A stretch of DNA of 32,000 bases, taken from NCBI GenBank assembly GCA_030167145.1, contig CP126532.1, forward strand, positions 1,830,001 to 1,862,000. Direction: 5' to 3'. This document shows, one piece after another, positions 25,623-32,000 of this stretch. Source of the stretch: Ktedonobacterales bacterium (lineage in GTDB: Bacteria > Chloroflexota > Ktedonobacteria > Ktedonobacterales > JADMIN01). The notes beneath the pieces are model-generated. The model did not search any database. It saw only the letters and a list, made by a program, of their open reading frames with translations, and had not been told where the DNA came from. Each line of letters starts with the position of its first letter. The stretch's first letter is position 1. The translations under genes were made by a program, and so were the position numbers.

Positions 25623-26573
25623 CTACGGATTGGGGTTGGTGGAATCGGTGGGAGTGGGGTCAGCGTTGGGAGTGGGGGCGAGGGGGTCGTGGCGGGCACG
25701 CCAGGCGGCCTGGGCGGCGCGGTCTTCGGCACGGTGGCGGGCACGGAGGTCGTCGAGGATGTGGTCGTAGGCGGTGGCGTAGGCGTGTTCGTCGGCGTAG
25801 AGGGGTTCGGGGTCGAAGGGGTCGGCGTGGTGGGTGAGGTGGGCGACGGCTTCGGGGCTGGGGAGGTCGCCTTGGTCGGTGAGGCCGAATTGCTGGCGGA
25901 AGGCATGCCAGGCTTTGAGCAGGTAGGGCGGGAGGTTGTCGGGGCCGTCCTGGCGGAACTGGTAGACGATGCGAGTTGGTGGGTAGGGGTCGTCGGTGTT
26001 GTCGGGGTTGGTGGGGTCGTCGGACCCTACGGGCGATGCGGGCATCGCCCCTACACCTGCGTGGGAAGGGGAGGCAGAGGCGCGTGCGGTGGAGGTGGGA
26101 GCGCAGCCGGTGAGGCGGACGAGTTCGCGTTCGCTGGCGAGGGCGGTGTGGAGGTAGCGGGGGCCAAGGGGGCTGAGGCGCGGGCGCAGGGCGGCGAGTT
26201 CGTCGTGGGAGCCGTTTTGGAGGAGGTCGAGGGCGAGCTGGTCGAACTGGCTGACGCGCTCGTAGGATTGCCAGGCGGCGGTGGAGATGGCGAGGGTGCG
26301 ATCTATGGCGAGCTGGCGCTGGATGCGGGGGTCGAGCTGGTGGGGGTCGGAGAGGCGGGATTTGAGGGCGGCGTTGATGGCGTCCTGGACGGTGGCTTCG
26401 GGGAGGCCGAGGCGGGCGGCGATGGCGGGGATGGTGTGGCCCTGGCAGTAGAGGGTGTAGGGGGAGTTGTCGTGTGGTTCGCCGGGCGAGGCAGGCCTCG
26501 CCCCTACATTGGTTGGGTGGGGGGAACCAGAAGCGGTGGGGTTGTCGGTGGTGATGTGGTCCTTGGGGGTCAT
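25623..26573 (-). CDS. Hypothetical protein with N-terminal helix-turn-helix (sigma70-region-4 / small-terminase-like) segment
   Basis: GAAAGGAA precedes ATG 26573. YTLYCQGHTIPAIAARLGLPEATVQDAINAAL looks like an HTH. Codon bias is strongly host-like and C3-rich. The first 80 codons of the track ORF (to 26813) read through repeats. The function call is weak. Confidence 0.6.
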   Translation of the reverse strand: MTPKDHITTDNPTASGSPHPTNVGARPASPGEPHDNSPYTLYCQGHTIPAIAARLGLPEATVQDAINAALKSRLSDPHQLDPRIQRQLAIDRTLAISTAAWQSYERVSQFDQLALDLLQNGSHDELAALRPRLSPLGPRYLHTALASERELVRLTGCAPTSTARASASPSHAGVGAMPASPVGSDDPTNPDNTDDPYPPTRIVYQFRQDGPDNLPPYLLKAWHAFRQQFGLTDQGDLPSPEAVAHLTHHADPFDPEPLYADEHAYATAYDHILDDLRARHRAEDRAAQAAWRARHDPLAPTPNADPTPTDSTNPNP

Positions 26574-27424
26574 GGGATGCGGTTCCTTTCGGTGATCGCG
26601 GCCATCAATGGCCGGTGGGATAGCGGAGAGCGGGCGGTTGAAACCGCGCCTGAATGGCGTACCGCCGCGAAACCCGCCTGCGCGGGTTTGGGACAGAGGC
26701 AAGATGGATGAGAATTTGGGCGGTGGGGGTTGGAAATGCGAAGACGCCGCTTCCACCGGACCGCGCCGCAGGAGGGTGCGATCTGGGGAAGCGGCGCCGA
26801 ATTTCTGGCTCACCGCAGGATGGGCGCACGCCGTGCGCCCCTACGAAATGACGATGATACGGGTGACGATGGTACGAAAGAGAATGATGGGATAGGTGAG
26901 GGGATGGTGTGCCCTCACCGTTGAGTATAGAACATATTTTCTATTTGTGCAAGAGGGTGGGTAACTTCGGCCATAAATGGCCGGAGCACGGCGACGGGGG
27001 CATGAATGCCGGAGGGGATGCGTGCGGACGGTGCGGACGGTGCGGACGGTGCGGACGGAAGCGTGGAGGGCGGGATGGGTGGTGGGGCGAGGACGTAGCA
27101 TGAATGCCACGGGTAATCGCGGTTGGGGATGAGCCGCTGAGACAGCGGCGCTACAGGCGGGCGGAAGCGCGGGGGGCAGGATGGGTGGTAAAGCGAGAAC
27201 TCGGCATGAATGCCGCATCTCATCCCGTGCGAGGGAGAGATCTGTGGGGCGGCTGCGAAGATGTGGGCATGAGATTAGCGCCGGCCTTCAGGCTGGCGGC
27301 CTGCCTCACCACAATCGTGCCCATTGGCGGGAATCGTGCGGATGGGATTGGCCCCGGCATTCATGCCCATGCGTCCGTGCTCTGGCCATTGATGGCCGAG
27401 ACACCGCCCTGATTCGGGCAAGAA
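26574..27424. repeat. Non-coding repeat mosaic 2 (families A, B, C, E plus a 9-mer tandem array)
   Basis: Contents: GGCCATCAATGGCC (26600-26613); E5 (26630-26692, minus orientation); family C (26822-26844); B+A composite (26969-27010); GTGCGGACG four times (27022-27057); GGCATGAATGCC-type cores at 27097 and 27203 and an inverted one at 27356; GGCCATTGATGGCC (27384-27397). Confidence 0.9.
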
Positions 27425-28729
27425 TTACCCGCCGAGGGAGTTCGGGTCGAGGGCCAGTGCGCGGTCATAGGCGGCCAGTGCCTCACTATAGCGATTGAGG
27501 TCGGTGAGCGTGGCGCCCTTGTTGGCCCAGGCGAGGGCGTAATTGGGATCGAGGGCCAGTGCGCGGTCATAGGCCGCCAGCGCTTCGTCATAGCGGTTCA
27601 GGTCGTTGAGTGCGTTGCCCTTGTTGGTCCAGGGGTGGACGGAGTTCGGGTCGAGGGCCAGCGCACGGTCAAGAGCGGCCAGCGCTTCGTCATAGCGGTT
27701 CAGATTGCGGAGCGTGGCACCCTTGTTGTTCCAGGTCACGGCGTCGTTGGGCATGATGGCCAGTGCGCGGTCATAGGCCGCCAGCGCTTCGTCATAGCGG
27801 TTCAGATTGCGGAGCGCGTTGCCCTTGTTGGCCCAGGCGAGGGCGTAATTGGGATCGAGGGCCAGTGCGCGGTCATAGGCCGCCAGCGCTTCGTCATAGC
27901 GGTTCAGGTCGTTGAGTGCGTTGCCCTTGTTGGTCCAGGCGTCGACGGAGTTCGGGTCGAGGGCCAGCGCACGGTCAAGAGCGGCCAGCGCCTCGTCGTT
28001 GTGGTTGAGGCCGTTGAGCGCGGCGCCCTTGTTGATCCAGGGTCCTGCGTCGTTGGGTTTGATGGTGAGCGCATGGTCGCTGGCGGTAAGTGACTCTGTC
28101 CAGTGGCTCGCCTCACCGTTCGCGTAGCCCAGGTTGAACCAGGCGTCGAAGTTGGTGGGGGCGAGGCGGGTGGCGCGCTCGAAGAGCGGGATCGCCTCCT
28201 CGTAGCGTTTCTGGGCACTGAGCGCCTTGCCGCGTTCGATCAGGTCGCCGGCGCTCTCGCTGGGCAGTGGCGCGGTGGGAGCGGGGGCCGCGCCGCGCGG
28301 GGTAAGCTGGAGCAGTTGCAGGGTGCGGGCGATGGCCTCATCTTTGGGGAAGGGCTGGTGGTTGGGGCCATCTATGCGGCGGAAATCATCCAGGAAGATC
28401 AGGTCGTCGAAGTCGGCGGGGTCAAGCTTGGCGGCGACGACGGGCAGGATGATGCGGCTGGGGTCGCGGGTGTAGAACTTATACGCCCAGGTGCATTCGC
28501 GCGGCACCCACTCAGAGGCAAAAGCGGCTTTAGAGAGCACGACGAGGAAGACGGGACGCTGGCGGATCTCACTGGTGATCTTGGTGAGCAGTTCACCGGT
28601 GCCCAGGCTGTGCTCGTCGTACCAGACATCGGCACCCGCCCCGCGCAGCGCAGACGTCAGGGCGTCGGCAAAGGCTTTGTCGGCGGAGCTATGGCTGAGG
28701 AAGATGCGCATCTGGTTCGTCTGGGTCAT
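27425..28729 (-). CDS. TIR domain protein with eight C-terminal TPR repeats
   Basis: GAGGAGG precedes ATG 28729. The TIR_2-like N-terminus is MRIFLSHSSADKAFADALTSALRGAGADVWYDE..VFLVVLSKAAFASEWVPRECTWA. Eight 34-aa TPRs follow (..W.NKGNAL.DLNRYDEALAAYDRALALDPN..). The track ORF start 28846 adds 39 unlikely residues. Confidence 0.9.
   Translation of the reverse strand: MTQTNQMRIFLSHSSADKAFADALTSALRGAGADVWYDEHSLGTGELLTKITSEIRQRPVFLVVLSKAAFASEWVPRECTWAYKFYTRDPSRIILPVVAAKLDPADFDDLIFLDDFRRIDGPNHQPFPKDEAIARTLQLLQLTPRGAAPAPTAPLPSESAGDLIERGKALSAQKRYEEAIPLFERATRLAPTNFDAWFNLGYANGEASHWTESLTASDHALTIKPNDAGPWINKGAALNGLNHNDEALAALDRALALDPNSVDAWTNKGNALNDLNRYDEALAAYDRALALDPNYALAWANKGNALRNLNRYDEALAAYDRALAIMPNDAVTWNNKGATLRNLNRYDEALAALDRALALDPNSVHPWTNKGNALNDLNRYDEALAAYDRALALDPNYALAWANKGATLTDLNRYSEALAAYDRALALDPNSLGG
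27434..28045 (-). repeat. Near-identical 102-bp tandem coding repeats (TPR units 3-8) with a 306-bp higher-order period
   Basis: For example, GGTTCAGGTCGTTGAGTGCGTTGCCCTTGTTGGTCCAGG occurs at about 27595 and again at about 27901, exactly 306 bp apart. At the protein level, units 3-4-5 parallel units 6-7-8. Confidence 0.9.
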
Positions 28730-28888
28730 GGCGGCGGCCTCCTCGCGGTGTGGACGCGCTCGTATGCAGGCGCGGTGGAATGGGAGTTGCGCGTGTATCG
28801 TGCGGGCATTATAGCATATGGGGCGGCGATGCGCGCTCTCGGCCATGATGCACTTTTGCCAATTGATAGGGACACGCGCTCGATCTCT

Positions 28889-29002
28889 AACCCGCGCAGG
28901 CGGGGCCAGCCTGCGGCGCAGCTAGCGACGTGTAGGAGCGGAGCAGGCTGTGAGCGAAGCGGAGTGGCCGCAGGCCATACAGGCGCGGTTTCAACCGCCC
29001 GC
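28889..29002 (+). repeat. Family E long variant (copy E6)
   Basis: Near-identical to 3699-3817. It contains the same GTGAGCGAAGCGGAGTGGCCGCAGGCCAT..GGCGCGGTTTCAACCGCCCGC segment. Confidence 0.9.
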
Positions 29003-29111
29003 TCCGCTCCCTGGGCAGCCTGTGGCCGCGCACCGTATACTCTCTTGCATGACACGTTGCCAGTGTACGAGGCGCCGGAGATGGGCTTTCCGGCGTGCGC
29101 GCGGCTGGTGG

Positions 29112-30215
29112 ATGGGAGCAATTGTCGTGGCGAACCACCCGCGCATCCTGGCGATAGCCAACGCCGACGCGCCCTACACCTTCGATCAGACGACCGTTCG
29201 CGCCTTCGCACAGGACCACATCCTCGGTCCCGATTGGCGCGAGCAGCCCGCGCAGGCAGAGCAGGCGCGCCTGATCGCACGGCTCTTCGCGGCCAGCCGC
29301 GTGGAGACGCGCCAGAGCGCGATTGACATCGCGCAGTATTACAGGCAGTCCCGCACGACCGGCGAACGCATGCAGGACTACCAGACGGCGGCGTATAGCA
29401 TGGGCCGCGATGCGCTGACGGCGTGCCTGCGCGACGCGGGCGATCTGCACGGGGCGGGCGACATCAGCGACTTCGTGGTGGTCTCTTGCACGGGCTATAG
29501 CGCGCCGGGGCTGGACATCCAGCTTGCGCGGGATGAGGGGATGCGGCGCGACGTGCGGCGGGTGATCGTCGGGCATATGGGCTGCTTCGGCGCGGTGGTG
29601 GGGCTGCGGCAGTGTCTCGCGGCGGTGCGGGCCTATCCAGGGGCGACGGCTGCGCTGCTGAGCGTGGAGCTGACCAGCCTGCACTTCTCGCCGACGCTGG
29701 ACCCCGAAGTGTTGACGGCGCTGGCGCTCTTCGGCGACGCGGCGGCCTGCGCGCTCATCGGCGACGACCCAGCGGCGACCGGACCCGAACTGGTGGATGT
29801 GTACTGCGCCGCCGACTTCGCCAGCGCCGACCAGATCTCCTGGGTGATCGCCGACGAGGGCTTCATCATGGGCCTCTCGCCGCGTGTGCCCGTCACGCTG
29901 CGACGCAATGTGGCGGGGGTGGTGGAGGGGTTGTTGCAGCCGCATGGGCTGGCGGCGCGGGATGTGGCGCACTGGGTCGTGCATCCGGGCGGGCCGAGCA
30001 TCCTCGATGCGGTGGCGCGGCGTCTGGAACTGAGCGACGAACAGATGGCGCTCTCGTGGGAGGTGTTGCGCGACCGGGGCAACTGCTCATCGGCGACGGT
30101 GCTGCTGATTCTGGAGCGGCTCATCCGCTCTGGGCGGGCGCGGCGCGGCGAGTGGTGTGTGCTGATGGCGTTCGGGCCGGGGCTGACGCTGGAAACGTGT
30201 CTGCTGCGCTTCTGA
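29112..30215 (+). CDS. Type III polyketide synthase (chalcone/stilbene synthase family)
   Basis: Catalytic triad contexts: VVSCTGYSAPGLD (Cys), WVVHPGGPSILD (His), RGNCSSATVLLIL (Asn). Also LFGDAAAC and AFGPGLT. ATG 29112 (MGAIVVANHPRILAIA..) is preferred, because the track start at GTG 28950 lies inside repeat E6. Confidence 0.9.
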   Translation: MGAIVVANHPRILAIANADAPYTFDQTTVRAFAQDHILGPDWREQPAQAEQARLIARLFAASRVETRQSAIDIAQYYRQSRTTGERMQDYQTAAYSMGRDALTACLRDAGDLHGAGDISDFVVVSCTGYSAPGLDIQLARDEGMRRDVRRVIVGHMGCFGAVVGLRQCLAAVRAYPGATAALLSVELTSLHFSPTLDPEVLTALALFGDAAACALIGDDPAATGPELVDVYCAADFASADQISWVIADEGFIMGLSPRVPVTLRRNVAGVVEGLLQPHGLAARDVAHWVVHPGGPSILDAVARRLELSDEQMALSWEVLRDRGNCSSATVLLILERLIRSGRARRGEWCVLMAFGPGLTLETCLLRF

Positions 30216-30373
30216 AGCTCAACCCTGGTACGATGGTCCCTGGCAGCGCGGCATGCGTTGACAGGCTGACGCCGCACGGCTACAGTAGAAGGGAATAACC
30301 CGTACACGCACGAGCGGTTTGGCTCGGCGGAGACAATCGAGACGATTTTGCTGATAGTGGGAGGGTAGTGCGG

Positions 30374-31534
30374 ATGGATCGGGGCCGATTCCCTCGCGAC
30401 GGATACGAGCATGACGACGACTCGTATAATACCTACGACCACGACGCCTATGCGTCGTCGCAACACAACGGCTATACCGGCGAAGATGGCGCCTATTCGT
30501 ATGAGAGCGCGGCCTACACGGGCTACGACAACGCCTATGACACCAGCTACAGCGCCGAGGGGCGCGCGCTGCTGCCCATAGACGAAGACGCGAACCTGCC
30601 CGCGCTGGCAAGTAGCCAGATGCCGGTGACGCCGGTGATCATCCCTGGTAGCGGCGTCTCGATGGGCACGCCGTTCATCAAGCGGCGCGAGCGCCCGCTG
30701 ACGCTGCGGCTGACGGTGCTGGCGCTGACGGCGTGCGTTCTGGTCTCCGGCCTCTTCGCGGTGACGCCGCTGGGCAGCAGTGCCGATTCGGGCATCAGCT
30801 CGTTCCAGGCGCTTTCGGGCGCGGTGGTCTGGAAAAAAACAGTCAGTTACCACTGGTACATCGCGCAGTCCGGCGACACCCTCGAATCCATCTCCACGGC
30901 GCAACACGTGCAGATTGGCGGCATCTACGAGCTGAACGGCCTGTTCCTCGGCCAGGAAGTGCAGACGGGCATCGCGTACAAGATTCCCGACGACCCCTTC
31001 TATGGCAAGGGCTTCAAGCCGCGCACGCTGATTACGCCTGGGTCAGGGGCGACGACCTTCGGTGATAGTCCGTGGACCTCGATTGCGGGCACGCCGACCC
31101 CCGAACAACCCTGCTCACCGAACGGCAACGGCAACCCCACGGCCTACAAGCTGGTCTCGCCGAATCCCGGTTCACACTGGGTGCGCGGCTTCACCTACTA
31201 TCACAATGGCATAGACATCGCAGCGCCACAGGGAAATAAGGAGCGTGCGGCGCAGGCCGGGCAGGTGATCTGGGCGGGCTGGGATTTCTACGGCCTGGGC
31301 TATTCGGTGAAGATCAACAACTGCAACCACATCTCGACGATCTACGGGCATATGATTCAGATCATCGCCAAGGTGGGGCAGTTTGTGCAGCCGGGCGACA
31401 TCATCGGCCTGGAAGGCTCGACCGGCTTCTCGACTGGCCCGCACCTGCACTTCATGGTGCTGTGGGATAACGTGCCGGTTGACCCGATGCCGTACTTCGG
31501 CTACAGCATCTGCAAAGCGACGGGCACCTGCTAG
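30374..31534 (+). CDS. LysM domain-containing M23 family metallopeptidase with a Tyr/Asp-rich cytoplasmic N-terminus
   Basis: GGGAGGG lies 7 nt before ATG 30374, and GTG 30368 is also possible. One TM helix (LTLRLTVLALTACVLVSGLF). LysM segment: YIAQSGDTLESISTAQHVQIGGIYELNGL. M23 motifs: HNGIDIAAPQG and GSTGFSTGPHLHF. Confidence 0.9.
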   Translation: MDRGRFPRDGYEHDDDSYNTYDHDAYASSQHNGYTGEDGAYSYESAAYTGYDNAYDTSYSAEGRALLPIDEDANLPALASSQMPVTPVIIPGSGVSMGTPFIKRRERPLTLRLTVLALTACVLVSGLFAVTPLGSSADSGISSFQALSGAVVWKKTVSYHWYIAQSGDTLESISTAQHVQIGGIYELNGLFLGQEVQTGIAYKIPDDPFYGKGFKPRTLITPGSGATTFGDSPWTSIAGTPTPEQPCSPNGNGNPTAYKLVSPNPGSHWVRGFTYYHNGIDIAAPQGNKERAAQAGQVIWAGWDFYGLGYSVKINNCNHISTIYGHMIQIIAKVGQFVQPGDIIGLEGSTGFSTGPHLHFMVLWDNVPVDPMPYFGYSICKATGTC

Positions 31535-31619
31535 CGGGTGAGCGGGTGAGCGGGTGAGCGGGCGGTTGAAACCGCGCCTACATGGCCTTCGGCCACAAAA
31601 CCCGCCGTCGCGGGTTGGG
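31533..31619 (-). repeat. AGCGGGTG 8-mer tandem (three perfect copies, 31533-31556) running into family E short copy E7 (31558-31619)
   Basis: The sequence is TAGCGGGTGAGCGGGTGAGCGGGTGAGCGGGCGGTTGAAACCGCGCC..AAAACCCGCCGTCGCGGGTTGGG. It begins within the stop codon of the M23 gene. Confidence 0.85.
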
Positions 31620-31752
31620 CATCGAGAAGGGTACATGAAGCGGCCAGTCTCCAGATGGGGGGCTGGCCGTTCTCGTTGTCTCCTTGCGCTGAGGGCGGGA
31701 ATGTGTTATCAATTAAGTGATGACTAAATCGTTTTTCCAATGAGGTAGCTAG

Positions 31753-32000
31753 GTGAAGACTCATGGAACAGCCAGCGCGCGCAGCCAGATGAGCGCGCAA
31801 GCGTGTACGCTGCCAGGGGCGGACCCAGAGCGGGTGGCACGTGGGCGCGCGGGGCTGTTGGACGAAGATAGCGCCTTCGCGCTGGCCGAGACGTTTCGGG
31901 CGCTGGCCGACTCGACGCGGGCGAAGATTCTGTACGCGCTGCTGCGCCAGGAACTCTGCACCTGCGATCTGGCGGCGATCATCGGCGCGTCGGAGTCGTC
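31753..32000 (+). CDS. ArsR/SmtB family metalloregulator, N-terminal part (3' end outside the window)
   Basis: The frame is open to the window edge. ..FRALADSTRAKILYALLRQELCTCDLAAIIGASES contains the ELCxCDL metal-sensing/HTH signature. GTG 31753 follows GAGG, and ATG 31789 is an alternative start. Confidence 0.8.
   Translation, partial: MKTHGTASARSQMSAQACTLPGADPERVARGRAGLLDEDSAFALAETFRALADSTRAKILYALLRQELCTCDLAAIIGASES

Noticed and set aside
24596-25906. 436-aa and 257-aa minus-strand ORFs (24596..25906 and 24840..25613) spanning repeat mosaic 1.
   Set aside because: Their sequences are simply translated repeats (SATSATSATSATP, IGRIGNC.., PTP runs). There is no codon-bias signal, and they overlap both the LOG gene and the real gene at 25623-26573.
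31763-31792. Nine-codon mini-ORF (ATG GAA CAG CCA GCG CGC GCA GCC AGA TGA) upstream of or overlapping the ArsR start.
   Set aside because: It is too short to support, and it overlaps the more plausible GTG 31753 start frame of the ArsR gene. It could be noise.
1-32000. tRNA or rRNA genes, IS elements, integrases, and prophage boundaries.
   Set aside because: There is no T-loop/acceptor-like GGTTCGAATCC-type sequence, no rRNA-like segment, and no transposase or integrase-like ORF. The abundant repeats are too short to be autonomous elements.

Overview
GC-rich bacterial chromosomal window with strong C-ending codon bias on the true coding strands. That bias also produces many long antisense shadow ORFs in the supplied track. 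I support 25 protein-coding genes. I found no rRNA, tRNA, CRISPR array, transposase or integrase.

Left third (+ strand): a 5'-truncated HipA-like kinase overlapping a DUF3037-like gene, two F420/flavin-type oxidoreductases, a small membrane protein, a heterodimeric ABC exporter with one degenerate ATP site, and a SAM methyltransferase.

8.3-10.6 kb: a visibly lower-GC pair (orphan sugar-type binding lipoprotein and a LecA/PA-IL-like lipoprotein), followed by a gabT-like aminotransferase and a lone Pol-beta-type nucleotidyltransferase.

Centre: the Bacillus-type housekeeping synteny radA - PIN/TRAM (yacL) - ispD - gltX. The IspD homologue appears to lack its catalytic basic residues. Next comes a GT2 (Dpm1-like)::GT-C-like membrane fusion followed by a membrane-anchored unknown protein.

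Right third (minus strand): a two-HKD PLD translationally coupled to a LOG-family enzyme, an HTH-containing unknown gene sandwiched between two non-coding repeat mosaics (about 0.95 and 0.85 kb), and a TIR-TPR protein. After these come an orphan type III PKS, a LysM-M23 peptidase and a 3'-truncated ArsR regulator.

The window is saturated with at least five families of short palindromic dispersed repeats. Some supply stop codons, sit in-frame inside a CDS, or create false N-terminal ORF extensions.

Best candidates for something new: the TIR-TPR / LOG-PLD neighbourhood (possible nucleotide-centred conflict system, speculative), the GT2::GT-C fusion, the HipA-like/DUF3037 pair, the degenerate IspD, and the repeat architecture itself.

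Taxonomic guess (inference only): a monoderm/Terrabacteria lineage, possibly a filamentous Chloroflexota (Ktedonobacteria-like) organism.
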